Positions 40,890 to 52,088 of a stretch of 64,000 nucleotides of DNA are shown here, one piece after another. Under the pieces are notes generated by a model. The model worked only from the letters and a program-made list of their open reading frames with translations, did not search any database and had not been told where the DNA came from. Origin of the DNA: Myxococcales bacterium (GTDB taxonomy: Bacteria > Myxococcota_A > Polyangia > Haliangiales > Haliangiaceae). The first letter of the stretch is position 1. The number at the start of each line of letters is the position of its first letter. Location of the stretch: contig JADJGV010000002.1 in the NCBI GenBank assembly GCA_016707895.1, forward strand, positions 335,695 through 399,694, given 5' to 3'. A program made the position numbers and the translations under genes.

Positions 40890-42905
40890 ATGAATGCACC
40901 AAGACTCGTCGCGTTGCTCTCGGTCGGTGGCCTGCTCGTCGGATGTGGCGGAGGTCGCCCGGCGCCGCCGGCGCGGCCCGTCGCCGCCGCGAAGGTGGAC
41001 CTCAAGCGCGCCAAGGCGCCCGCCACCGCGGTCATCCTCGGTACCGGCGGCGCCGGCGATTCGACCACGCTGACGCTGCCCACCGGCTCGCAGCGGGTGA
41101 CGGTGTCGCCGCTGTTCGTGCGCGGCGCCAATGCCGACGCCGAGGGCGGGATCGGCTCGGTCGACCTGATCGTGCAGGCGGCCACCAGCGGGCAGGTGAA
41201 GGTCGGCGTGTTCGAGGACGTCGCCGGCGGCGCCGGGCCCGAGTGGCGGGCCGGCGTGTGGCTGGCGGCGTACGTCGCGGTGAGCGTGCTCGACAAGGAC
41301 CTCACCGACTTCGCGTTCGAGGCGACCTCGAGCGGTCACGTCGACGGCGCGTCGGCGTCGGCGCTGATGTCGGCGGGCCTCGTCGCGGCGATCCTCGGCT
41401 GGCAGGTCGACGCGGCCGCGACGATGACCGGGACCATCAACCCCGACGGCACCGTCGGGCCGGTCAGCGGCATCCCGCAGAAGTTCGCGGCGGCGCTGGC
41501 CGCCGGCAAGCGCCGGCTGGGCTACCCGGTCGGGCAGCGGCTCGCGATCGACGCGGCCACCGGCGCCGAGGTCGACCTGGTGGCGCTGGCGCGCGAGCGC
41601 GGCGCCGAGGCGGTCGAGATCGCCGACATCTACGGCGCGATCGAGCTGATGACCGGGCGCGCGCTGCCGCGGCCGCTGCCGCTGGCCAGCAACGCGATGG
41701 AGCTGCCCGCCGAGATCGCGGATCGCGTCGGCGCGCGGGTCGACGCCTGGGACAAGCGGGTCGACGCGCTGCACGAGGAGCTCGACGGCGGCTACGACCT
41801 CGGCACCGCGGCGCTGGGCGCCTACCTGCGCTCGACGGTCGCCCACGATCGCGCCTTCAAGCAGCGCAAGCAGGGGATGGTGGCCCCGGCGTATCACGGC
41901 ATGGTGGCGGCGTGGATCGCGGCGTCGGCCAGCCGCGACGCCGCGACCGTGCTCGGCTACGCCGTCGACGGCGACGTCGAGGGCGCGATGCGCGAGCTCG
42001 ACCGCCTGACCGCCGAGCTGGCGACGGCGACCGACGCGGTGCGCGCGGTGGGCACGCGCAAGCCGGCGACGATGGGCGACCACCTGCAGATGCTGTCGGC
42101 GTTCGACGCGGCCATCGATGGCTGGAGCTTGCAGACGTTCGCCGAGGCGCTGGTCCGCCGCACCCGGGTGCGCCTCGAGGTCCTGCGCGAGGACCCCGAC
42201 GATGACTACGCGCTCACCGCGGTGGGCCGCGACGTCGTGGCCGCGACCACCGCGATCGCCCGGGCGCGCGCGGCGGTGCTCCTGACCCAGGACGCGGCCG
42301 AGATCGAGACCGCGCCGTCGGCGGTCTACCGCTGCTCGCTGCCCGCGGTGAAGCGGCTCGCGACCTCGTTCGCCGCCGCCGCCGGCTCCAACCTGGCCTA
42401 CGTCGAGGCGCTGGGCGGCATCACCACCGACCTCGGCCGCGACCTCACCGCGGCGACCGAGCCCGACTACCTGGTCGCGGCGGTCGGCAGCCGCGTCGGC
42501 GACGCCACCGGCGTGCCGGCGACGCTCAAGGCCGCGTGGGGCGAGGACTCGGTCGGCTGGCGCCTGTTCACGCTGGCCGCCAGCCAGCAGTCGTACTTCC
42601 GCAGCTCGCTGCTCGCGTCGCGCTGGCACTCGCTGGGCGTGCGCGTGGGGCTCGACGGCCGCGCCTACGCCATCGGCAACGAGCGCGCCCTGCTCAACAT
42701 GCTCGAGTTCGCCGAGCAGCGCGCGCGCGAGCACGCCCACGCCGCGCAGGTCGCCACCGGCGAGGTGCCGCTGCAGACCCAGCTCCACTACCAGACCGCC
42801 CGCGGCCTCCGCGAAGGCGACGCGGCCGACAAGCTCGCCGCGCTCGCCGCGTACTGGGCCGCCTCGGCGTACGCCCAGTCGGCGCTGATGCTCGCGCGCA
42901 ACTGA
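40890..42905 (+). CDS. Lon-like S16 serine peptidase domain lipoprotein
   Basis: Lipobox LLVGCGGG. Lon proteolytic domain (DGASASALMSAGLVAAILG…TGTINPDGTVGPVSGIPQKFAAA). Long helical C-terminal region. Confidence 0.7.
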   Translation: MNAPRLVALLSVGGLLVGCGGGRPAPPARPVAAAKVDLKRAKAPATAVILGTGGAGDSTTLTLPTGSQRVTVSPLFVRGANADAEGGIGSVDLIVQAATSGQVKVGVFEDVAGGAGPEWRAGVWLAAYVAVSVLDKDLTDFAFEATSSGHVDGASASALMSAGLVAAILGWQVDAAATMTGTINPDGTVGPVSGIPQKFAAALAAGKRRLGYPVGQRLAIDAATGAEVDLVALARERGAEAVEIADIYGAIELMTGRALPRPLPLASNAMELPAEIADRVGARVDAWDKRVDALHEELDGGYDLGTAALGAYLRSTVAHDRAFKQRKQGMVAPAYHGMVAAWIAASASRDAATVLGYAVDGDVEGAMRELDRLTAELATATDAVRAVGTRKPATMGDHLQMLSAFDAAIDGWSLQTFAEALVRRTRVRLEVLREDPDDDYALTAVGRDVVAATTAIARARAAVLLTQDAAEIETAPSAVYRCSLPAVKRLATSFAAAAGSNLAYVEALGGITTDLGRDLTAATEPDYLVAAVGSRVGDATGVPATLKAAWGEDSVGWRLFTLAASQQSYFRSSLLASRWHSLGVRVGLDGRAYAIGNERALLNMLEFAEQRAREHAHAAQVATGEVPLQTQLHYQTARGLREGDAADKLAALAAYWAASAYAQSALMLARN

Positions 42906-42925
42906 TCGCGGTCAGCTGATCGCGG

Positions 42926-44230
42926 TCAGCGGAAGATCACCGGCACCGCGGTCAGCTGGCGGTCGCGCGAGTCGCGTGGGGCGTCGACGCCCAGCGCGCC
43001 GCCGTCGTGCTCGCCCCAGCAGCGCACCGAGCGATCGGCGAGCAGCGCGCAGGCGTGGTGCTGGCCGGTCGCCACCGCGATCGCGCCGGTGGTGCCGGGG
43101 ACGACGCGCGGCCGCCGGAACGACCAGTCGGTGCCGTAGAACCACTGCCCCCAGCACGTGACGTCGCCGGTGGGCGTCAGCGCGCAGCTGCGGCCGTGGC
43201 CGGCGCTCAGCGCGACGCCGCGGACGCCGCCGCCGGCCCAGACCCACCAGCGGCGCTCGGCGAACACCTGCTCGTGGGGGCGCGGCGGCGCGGCCGGTTC
43301 CTTGGGGCAGCAACGATCGGGCCGCGGCGGATCGCGCGGGTCACGCGGCGGCGGCGCGTCGGTCCAGCGGCACACCACGCCACGCGGGTCATACGGATCG
43401 CATCGCGCGTCATCGGGGACGCGCTGATCGCCGAGCTGTCCGAACTCGTCGGCGCCGCCGCACCAGACCAGCGCGTCGGCGTCGGCGAAGCAGACGTGGC
43501 GCCAGCCGATGCCGATCGCGATCGCCTTGGCCAGCGGCTTCGATACCGTCGCGCGCAGGATCGGCCCCGGCGCGTTGCCGAACAGCCCCGTGGTGTTGAA
43601 GCCCCAGCAGCGCGGGCCACCGTCGGCGACGAACGCGCACGCGACGTCGTCGCCGGCGACCAGCCGGGTCGCGCCGCGCAGGCCGACCACGCGCCCGGGC
43701 CGGGCCGCCTTGCGCGGATCGCCCCCATGTCCGACCGCGCCCGGATGTCCCCAGCACCACACCGCGCCGTCGCGATCGCGCACGCAGGTCTGCGCGCCGC
43801 CCGCCACCACCTCGACCACGCCGCTCACGCCGGCCACCGTCGCGATCGTGTCGCGCGACTCCAGCGTGCCATCCCCGAGCTGCCCGTCGCGGTTGTCGCC
43901 CCAGCACGCCACCGTGCCGTCGCCGCGGGCCACGCACACGTGCCGCGAGCCCACCGCCAGCGACACCACGCCCGTCAGCCCGACGCGCGTCGCCACCGCC
44001 GCCGCCGGCACCGCCGCCAGCCCCACCGCGCCCCAGCACCACACCTCCCCCGACTCCGCCAGCGCGCAGCTCCGCCGATCCCCCACCCCGATCGCCCGGA
44101 TCGCTGGCCCCGCCGCCGCCGCATCCGCCACCACCCCCGCATCCACCGCAACCGCCCGCTCCGCATCCGCCGGGGCCGCCCGCCCCGACGCCCCGCACGC
44201 CGCCAGCGTCAACAGCATCCATCGTCCCAT
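42926..44230 (-). CDS. RCC1-repeat (beta-propeller) lipoprotein
   Basis: Lipobox LTLAACG. Repeated …CWG.N..GQLG.G… blades (about 7). Confidence 0.75.
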   Translation of the reverse strand: MGRWMLLTLAACGASGRAAPADAERAVAVDAGVVADAAAAGPAIRAIGVGDRRSCALAESGEVWCWGAVGLAAVPAAAVATRVGLTGVVSLAVGSRHVCVARGDGTVACWGDNRDGQLGDGTLESRDTIATVAGVSGVVEVVAGGAQTCVRDRDGAVWCWGHPGAVGHGGDPRKAARPGRVVGLRGATRLVAGDDVACAFVADGGPRCWGFNTTGLFGNAPGPILRATVSKPLAKAIAIGIGWRHVCFADADALVWCGGADEFGQLGDQRVPDDARCDPYDPRGVVCRWTDAPPPRDPRDPPRPDRCCPKEPAAPPRPHEQVFAERRWWVWAGGGVRGVALSAGHGRSCALTPTGDVTCWGQWFYGTDWSFRRPRVVPGTTGAIAVATGQHHACALLADRSVRCWGEHDGGALGVDAPRDSRDRQLTAVPVIFR

Positions 44231-44251
44231 CCGCCGAAGAACGCCCGACCC

Positions 44252-44528
44252 GGGGACAGGATCTACCCCTCCATCACTTCGAAATCACTCCAGATAATCA
44301 GTCCACCGCGTCGCAAAAGGGGACAGGATCCTGGGTCGCAAGCATACAGAATCAATTGTGATTTTTCGGCCAAGCGCGGCGAAATGCCACCGACTCCGGC
44401 GGCGACGACAACGAGAAAAGCGCAAACGATTTCGACGGCTTACGACCCAGGGAAGTGTCCCTTCTCGCGACACACGACGCGATTTTTCAGCTATGATTTC
44501 ATAGCGATGGAGGGGTAGATCCTGTCCC
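44252..44528. mobile_element. MITE-like non-autonomous element (277 bp, 24-bp terminal inverted repeats GGGGACAGGATCTACCCCTCCATC)
   Basis: Left TIR at 44252..44275. Right TIR (reverse complement, 23/24) at 44506..44528. Internal 12-nt partial TIR copy at ~44318. AT-richer interior carrying small hairpins. No convincing ORF inside. Confidence 0.5.
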
Positions 44529-44546
44529 TCGGGCGCGTGCGATGGC

Positions 44547-45077
44547 TCACCGCGGCGGCGCGAAGCACGGCTCGAGGTACGGCTGCATCGCCGCCAGCAC
44601 CGCGTCGATCGCGACCGGCTGCCAGCCGTCGGCGAGGATCGCCACCGCGACGTCGCCGACGGTCCGCTGCGCCGTCCGGTGATCGCTGCCCAGCTCGACG
44701 GTCGCGAACGACTGCCAGCGATCCGACGTCGCGGGCCGGTCGGCGGGCCGCACGGCGAAGACGTGGATCGGCGCGACGTCCCAGGTGGGCGGGTAGGCGT
44801 GGGCGCTGACCTCCTCGCGATCGGGGCGCCGCTCGTGCTGCACGGCCATCGTGGCCAGCACCGGCTCGACCCGGCTGGCGGCCTCGCGCGCGGCCAGGAG
44901 CGCGTCGCGGCAGCGCGCGGCCCACGCGGTCGGCGGCAGGCCAGCGTCGACGGGCGTCGCGGCCAGGGCGCGCGGCGGCGCGATCGGCGCGCGGTCGCCG
45001 CGGTCGCTGCGATCGCACGCGACCACCAGCCCCAGCGCGAGCAGCGTCGTGCGCACGCGGCGAGGATACGCCGCCAT
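44547..45077 (-). CDS. hypothetical lipoprotein
   Basis: Lipobox LGLVVACD. Position upstream of cdsA. Weak. Confidence 0.45.
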   Translation of the reverse strand: MAAYPRRVRTTLLALGLVVACDRSDRGDRAPIAPPRALAATPVDAGLPPTAWAARCRDALLAAREAASRVEPVLATMAVQHERRPDREEVSAHAYPPTWDVAPIHVFAVRPADRPATSDRWQSFATVELGSDHRTAQRTVGDVAVAILADGWQPVAIDAVLAAMQPYLEPCFAPPR

Positions 45078-45080
45078 CGC

Positions 45081-45956
<876 letters not shown>

Positions 45957-45989
45957 GGCCGCGCAGCTAACCGCGCGGGGCCCGAACGG

Positions 45990-46739
<750 letters not shown>

Positions 46740-46833
46740 GGCGAAGGCGCGAGGTATCACGCGCAGGCGCCGCGTTGCAACATGGCGGTTCTTCCCGTAC
46801 GCTCGAGAGACCGGCGCAACACGGGAAAAATCC

Positions 46834-47673
46834 ATGGGAATCTTCTCGAGACTCGGCACGCTGATCAAGTCCAACATCAACGACCTCATCACCAAGGCCG
46901 AGGATCCGGAGAAGATGCTCAGCCAGGTGCTGCTGGAGATGCAGCAGCAACTGGCCGACGCCAAGAAGGCCGTCGCGGTCGCCATCGCCGACGAGAAGAA
47001 GCTGCAGAAGCAGACCGTCGTCGAGCAGGACAAGGCCAAGGAGTGGGAGCGCAAGGCGATGGTCGCCGTCCGCGGCGGCGACGACGGCCTCGCGCGCCAG
47101 GCGCTCGCGCGCAAGCAGGAGCACGAGAACGTCGCCGGTCAGTTCCAGACCCAGTGGGTCGCGCAGAAGCAGGCCGTCGAGAAGTTGAAGGACGCGCTGC
47201 GGCTCCTCAACAACAAGATCGAGGAAGCCAAGCGCAAGAAGAACATCCTCATCGCGCGGAAGAAGCGCGCCGAGGCGCAGCAGCAGATCGCCAACACGAT
47301 GCAGGGCCTGGGCGACACCAGCGCGTTCGACACGTTCGACCGCATGGCCGACCGCATCGCGCTGATGGAGGCCGAGGCCGAGGCTGGCGCCGAGCTGGCC
47401 GGCGAGCTGTCGGGCGACACGCTCGAGTCGAAGTTCCTGGCCCTCGAGGCCGGGGGCGCCAACGACGACGATGCGCTGTCCGAGCTCAAGGCCAAGATGG
47501 GCCTGCTCGAGGCGCCCAAGAGCGCCGACAAGATGCTGAAGGCCGGCGACGACAAGGACGAGACGCCGGGCGCCAAGGAGACGGTCTCGGCCGGTGGGCT
47601 GTCGGCCGAGGACCTGAAGGAGCTCGAGGATCTCGACCTGTCCGACCTCGAGCCGAAGGCCGAGGCCAAGTAG
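46834..47673 (+). CDS. pspA: PspA/IM30-family protein (phage shock protein A)
   Basis: MGIFSRLGTLIKSNINDLITKAEDPEKMLSQ…. Coiled-coil throughout. Acidic C-terminus. Confidence 0.8.
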   Translation: MGIFSRLGTLIKSNINDLITKAEDPEKMLSQVLLEMQQQLADAKKAVAVAIADEKKLQKQTVVEQDKAKEWERKAMVAVRGGDDGLARQALARKQEHENVAGQFQTQWVAQKQAVEKLKDALRLLNNKIEEAKRKKNILIARKKRAEAQQQIANTMQGLGDTSAFDTFDRMADRIALMEAEAEAGAELAGELSGDTLESKFLALEAGGANDDDALSELKAKMGLLEAPKSADKMLKAGDDKDETPGAKETVSAGGLSAEDLKELEDLDLSDLEPKAEAK

Positions 47674-47682
47674 CGTCAACGG

Positions 47683-47706
47683 ACCGTCACTCCGTGACGG
47701 GGGACC
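47683..47706 (+). terminator. possible stem-loop terminator after pspA (CCGTCAC-tcc-GTGACGG)
   Basis: 7-bp inverted repeat immediately 3' of the stop. No T-tract, which is common at high GC. Confidence 0.3.
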
Positions 47707-47810
47707 GCGGCGGGCGTGAAACACCGACCACACCGCACATGCTAACGCCCCGAGATCGTGATCGAGCAGGCCCGCCGTCCAGCGGAACGCCGCTTGCACA
47801 TCCCGGCGCC

Positions 47811-48749
47811 ATGCGCGTCCGTGCCGCTGCGATGTTGCTGGCGCTCCTCACCGCCGGGTCGGCCCTGGCCGAGGATCGCCCCCGGCAGCGCGTCGGCAAG
47901 GTGACCCTGCGCGTCACCCAGGTCTTCCCCGAGACCCACCAGGCGCTGGTCTACGACAAGGCCACCAACAAGCACGTCGTCGTCACCGAGGGCGAGCAGC
48001 TCGGCAAGTACGAGATCGTCGAGGTCGGCGACGACGAGCTGATCGTCCGGGTGAGCGGCCGCGAGCTGGTGCTGCCGGCAGAGCAGCCGACGACGCCCGC
48101 GGCGCCCGCGGCGCCCGCCAAGCCGGCGGATCCGGGGCTGCTCGACCCCTACGCCACGTCGACCCCGGCGCCTCCCGCCGCGGCGCCGTCCGGCCCCGGC
48201 CCGCTCGACCCGTACGCCGGTATCGCGCCGACGCCCGCCGAGATCCGCGTGGTCGTCGCCCCCGCGGCCCAGCGCGCCGGCGGGAGCGCGGCGCCGCTCG
48301 ACCCCTACGCGCCGATCGCCACCCCGGCCACGCCGACGCCGGCGCCCGCGAAGCCCGACGCCAAGCCGCCGGTGGTCGCGAAGCCCGCCGCCCCGCCGCC
48401 CCCGCCGGCCCCGCCCGCGGCCCCCGCCGTCGAGGCCATCCGCCTGGAGTCGATGACCCTCAAGCGCGGCGAGCTGGCCAGCGCGCTCGGCGACTTCGAC
48501 TCGCTGCACAAGGCGATCGGCTTCGTGCGCACCGGCACGGGTGTGCGCCTGACGACCATCGCGCCGGGCTCGTACTTCCACGGCATGGGCCTGCGCTCGG
48601 GCGACGTGGTCACGGCGATCAACAACGCGCCGCTGCGCACGCTCGATGACGCGGCCGCGGCCTACGCCCGGCTGGGGTCGGCCAAGAAGCTCGACCTCGC
48701 GGTGGTGCGCGCCGGCGAGCGCGGCACGTTGCACTTCGCCCTCAAGTAG
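47811..48749 (+). CDS. secreted Pro-rich protein with repeated LDPYA motifs and C-terminal PDZ-like domain
   Basis: Signal MRVRAAAMLLALLTAGSALA. Four (G/A)(L/P)LDPYA(x)(I/S)(A/T)P repeats. C-terminal …GMGLRSGDVVTAINNAPLRTL… is PDZ-like. The upstream ~3 kb of ORF 44679..48749 is artefact. Confidence 0.6.
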   Translation: MRVRAAAMLLALLTAGSALAEDRPRQRVGKVTLRVTQVFPETHQALVYDKATNKHVVVTEGEQLGKYEIVEVGDDELIVRVSGRELVLPAEQPTTPAAPAAPAKPADPGLLDPYATSTPAPPAAAPSGPGPLDPYAGIAPTPAEIRVVVAPAAQRAGGSAAPLDPYAPIATPATPTPAPAKPDAKPPVVAKPAAPPPPPAPPAAPAVEAIRLESMTLKRGELASALGDFDSLHKAIGFVRTGTGVRLTTIAPGSYFHGMGLRSGDVVTAINNAPLRTLDDAAAAYARLGSAKKLDLAVVRAGERGTLHFALK

Positions 48750-48771
48750 CGGGTTCTGGTATCGTCGGGGC

Positions 48772-49398
48772 GTGCGTGTCGTCCTGCGGCTGGACTCGCC
48801 GTCCGAGTGGATCCGGGTGTTCGACCCGCGCGACGGCACGCTCGCGGTCGCGGCGGCGCCCAAGCCGGCGATGGGCGACAGCCTGCGCGTCGACCTGATC
48901 TGCGGCGACGGTGGCCCGCGGGTGATCTTGCGCGGCCAGGTGATCGGCCACCGCGGCGAGGGCGTGGCGCTGGTCGGGCTGGGGCCCGCCGAGCGCGAGA
49001 AGGTGAACTACATGAACGGGTTCGTCCGCGGCGGGTTGCTCAACCTGCGCGAGCGGCGGCGCATCCCGGTGCGGCTGGCGGTCACCTACGGCGGCCTCAA
49101 GGGCCCGGTGAAGACCCACACCCGCGACATCAACGATCAGGGCGTCTTCGTGATGACCGAGGAGCCCCTGCCCGAGGACGCCGAGGTGCACCTGATCATC
49201 ACGATCCCCGGCCGCGGCGAGCCGCTGTCGGTGGTCGGGCGGGTGACGCACACCGTCGTGCCCGAGGACGACGACGTCGCCGGCATGGGCATCGTGTTCC
49301 GCTCGAGCCCGACCGACGCCGCGATGATCGCCAAGACGATCGACGCGCTCGAGCAAGAGTTCCTGGCCGGCACGCTGCCGGAAGACACGCTGGCGTAG
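48772..49398 (+). CDS. PilZ-domain protein
   Basis: Two PilZ-like segments (RERRRIPVRLAV…DINDQGVFV…). GTG start. Confidence 0.55.
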   Translation: MRVVLRLDSPSEWIRVFDPRDGTLAVAAAPKPAMGDSLRVDLICGDGGPRVILRGQVIGHRGEGVALVGLGPAEREKVNYMNGFVRGGLLNLRERRRIPVRLAVTYGGLKGPVKTHTRDINDQGVFVMTEEPLPEDAEVHLIITIPGRGEPLSVVGRVTHTVVPEDDDVAGMGIVFRSSPTDAAMIAKTIDALEQEFLAGTLPEDTLA

Positions 49399-49406
49399 CG
49401 CCGCGG

Positions 49407-51275
49407 TCAGTCGACGATCAGCCAGCGCGTCGCGTGCGCCGGCACGTCGAGCGCCAGCGTGCCGTCGACGGTCGCGACCGGCGCGTCGGTGAGCGCGTCG
49501 CGCAGCGCGGCGCCAGCGGGGATCGCGACGATCGCGCGGGCGGCGCGGGCGGTGCGGTTGGCGACGAACAGCGCGCGCACCCGGCCGTCGTGGGCGGCGA
49601 AGCTCGCGGTGGTGACGCCGGCGGGGCGCGTCGCGATCCACTCGTCGCGCGGGGCCAGCGCCGCGAGGTCGGCGGCGAGGCCGGCCAGGTCGTCGAGCGA
49701 GCCGGGCCGCATGCGGCCGGCGCGCCGCGGCGGCGCGAGGTCGTCGCCGAGCGGCTGGTCGAGCTCGTCGAGCGTCGGCGCGTCGGGGCCGAACACGACG
49801 ACGCGGCGATCGGCGGCCAGCCGGTGCAGCGCGCGCCACAGCCCGCGATCGATCCGGCGCAGCGTCGGCGCGACGAACGCGCGGGCCGGGATCGCCGCGA
49901 GGTCGGCGTCCTCGGCGACCACCGCTGCGGCGACCTGGCCGAGCGCGAGCGCGTCGGCGATCGCGTCGGCCCAGCGGCGGGCCCGCGGCGCGTCGGCGTC
50001 GGCGCACAGCTCGGCGGCGCCGGCCGGGCCGAGGCCGAGCAGCTCGAGCGCGACCGGCGGCACCGGCGCGACCAGCGACGAGGCGCGGGCCACCCGGGCG
50101 TCGGCCCGGGCCGCGATCAGCGCGACGTCGACGACCCGGCGCAGGCCGGGCAGGTCGTGGCGGGCGATCGCCGCGAGCAGCGCGCCGACCCGGCGGCCCT
50201 CGGCGGTGACCGCGCCGGCGGCGTCGACCAGCCCGCCGATCCAGCGATCGCGCGCGACGCCGGCGGTCCAGGTGGCGCCGCGGGCACCGGCGGCCAGCGC
50301 GGCCAGCGCGATCGCCGCGCGATCGTCGTCGGTGGTCGGCGCGAACAGCGGCGAGTGCCCGGCCGGCAGCCGCACCAGGTGCGGGGCCCGCGCGGCCTGC
50401 ACGCGCGCGGCGATCGCGGTGGTCGGCTGGGTGCCGCTGGCCAGGTCGACCTGCCGCGGCCACGGCGTCGCGTCGTCGTCGTCGCGCGGCGCCACCGGCG
50501 GGGCCACGCCCACCCGGGCCACGCCGGTCAGGCCGGCCTCGTCGAGGATCGCCGACCACCGCGCCGCGGCGCGGGCAGCGGCCTGGCCGTTCCACCGCAC
50601 CCACGCGGCGCAGGTCGCGGCGTCGTCGGCGGCGAACCGGCGCGGCGGCTCGACGTCGCGGTGCGCGCGCCACGCGGCGATCGCGTCGGGGTGGTAGTCG
50701 AGATCGTAGGCGCCGCTGCGCGCCAGGTACGGCCGCCCGGCGTCGAGGCCGATCGCCACCACCGGCCCGTCGGGGGCCAGCCGCGGCAGGGCGATCGCCG
50801 CGACCCAGCGGTAGAAGCCGGCCAGCGCGTCGGTGAACGCGGTCGACGCCAGCGACGGCAGCGGGAACGCCCGCGGCACCAGCGGCGCGAACGCCGGGCC
50901 GCCGTGCGCCGCGCGCGCCCACATCGCCTCGTCGCGTACGACGGGCTCGGGCAGCCCGGCGTACGTCTCCTCGAGCGCCGCCAGCGGGCCGAGCTCGAGG
51001 CACACCGCCAGCCCGGCGGCGGCCGCGGCGTCGATCGCCGCGCCCAGGTCGCGCTCGCCGCTGCCGTCGAAGCCGCCGCCGCGGCGCGCGTGCACGCCCC
51101 AGGTGACCGGCAGCTCGACCAGCGTCAGGCCCAGGCCGCGCAGCGCCGCCAGCGCCCGCGGCCACGCGGCCCGCGGCGTGCGCGCGTACGCGAACGTGGC
51201 GCTCCACCACGGCAGCGCGCGGTCGCCGACGATCAGCCCGCGGTCGTCGAGGTGGGTGCGGCGATGTTCTTCCAC
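49407..51275 (-). CDS. glycoside-hydrolase-like protein (GH35/GH42 beta-galactosidase-like TIM barrel N-terminus)
   Basis: The N-terminal region resembles a beta-galactosidase catalytic domain. The large antisense ORFs 48742..51210 and 48807..51323 are rejected. Confidence 0.6.
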   Translation of the reverse strand: MEEHRRTHLDDRGLIVGDRALPWWSATFAYARTPRAAWPRALAALRGLGLTLVELPVTWGVHARRGGGFDGSGERDLGAAIDAAAAAGLAVCLELGPLAALEETYAGLPEPVVRDEAMWARAAHGGPAFAPLVPRAFPLPSLASTAFTDALAGFYRWVAAIALPRLAPDGPVVAIGLDAGRPYLARSGAYDLDYHPDAIAAWRAHRDVEPPRRFAADDAATCAAWVRWNGQAAARAAARWSAILDEAGLTGVARVGVAPPVAPRDDDDATPWPRQVDLASGTQPTTAIAARVQAARAPHLVRLPAGHSPLFAPTTDDDRAAIALAALAAGARGATWTAGVARDRWIGGLVDAAGAVTAEGRRVGALLAAIARHDLPGLRRVVDVALIAARADARVARASSLVAPVPPVALELLGLGPAGAAELCADADAPRARRWADAIADALALGQVAAAVVAEDADLAAIPARAFVAPTLRRIDRGLWRALHRLAADRRVVVFGPDAPTLDELDQPLGDDLAPPRRAGRMRPGSLDDLAGLAADLAALAPRDEWIATRPAGVTTASFAAHDGRVRALFVANRTARAARAIVAIPAGAALRDALTDAPVATVDGTLALDVPAHATRWLIVD

Positions 51276-52048
51276 GTGCGATCCTCGAGGACGAAGCGGC
51301 TGGGCCCGACCGCCAGCGGGTGATCGGCCGGCATCGGCGCGCTGTCGCCGGTGCCGTCGGTGGCGTAGCCGGGATCCCAGGGCAGGAGCAGCGCGAAGCC
51401 GCCGCCGGCCAGCGGCGCCATGCGCGGCATGATCGGGTGCGGGTGCCGCGCGGCGGCCTGGGCCAACGCCAGCGCGTCGTCGACGCTGGCGGCCGGCGCG
51501 AGGTCGGCGAGGATGCGCACCTGCGGCGGCGGCAGCGCCAGCGCCTGGGCCCGGGCCAGCGCGTCGGCCGGCGTCGCCCAGGCCTCGTCGACGGTCTCCT
51601 GGGCGTCGAAGCTGGGCCGCTGCCCGTCGGGCAGCACCGCCAGGTAGAACCGCGCGGAGAACCGCTTGCCCTCCGCCGACGGCGTGATCCAGTGCGCGTA
51701 GTAGGCGAGCCGCTCGGGCGCCAGCGTCAGGCCGGCCTCGGCCAGGAGCGCCGCCATCGACGCGCCGGCCAGCAGCCGCGCGCGCAGCGCCGCCACCGTC
51801 GCGTGGTCGACCGGCGCGCTGGCCAAGAGCACGCCCGCCTCCTCGAACAGCTCGCGGGCCGCGGTGACCCGCAGATCGCCGCCGTCCTCGGGATCGGCCG
51901 CGCCGCCGGGGAAGACGAACGCGCCGCCCATGAACGACGCGTTCTTGCGGCGCCGCAGCAGGAACACCTCGAAGCCGGCCGCCGCCGGGCGGAGCAGGAT
52001 CACGGTCGCGGCGTCGCGCGGCGTCGGGTACACGCCTGGCTGTATCAC
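51233..52048 (-). CDS. NUDIX hydrolase
   Basis: Nudix box GGAADPEDGGDLRVTAARELFEEAGV. Confidence 0.75.
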   Translation of the reverse strand: MIQPGVYPTPRDAATVILLRPAAAGFEVFLLRRRKNASFMGGAFVFPGGAADPEDGGDLRVTAARELFEEAGVLLASAPVDHATVAALRARLLAGASMAALLAEAGLTLAPERLAYYAHWITPSAEGKRFSARFYLAVLPDGQRPSFDAQETVDEAWATPADALARAQALALPPPQVRILADLAPAASVDDALALAQAAARHPHPIMPRMAPLAGGGFALLLPWDPGYATDGTGDSAPMPADHPLAVGPSRFVLEDRTWKNIAAPTSTTAG

Positions 52049-52088
52049 TCCGCGCGCCGGTCGCGCAACGCGCCGTCGCGGCGCGCGC

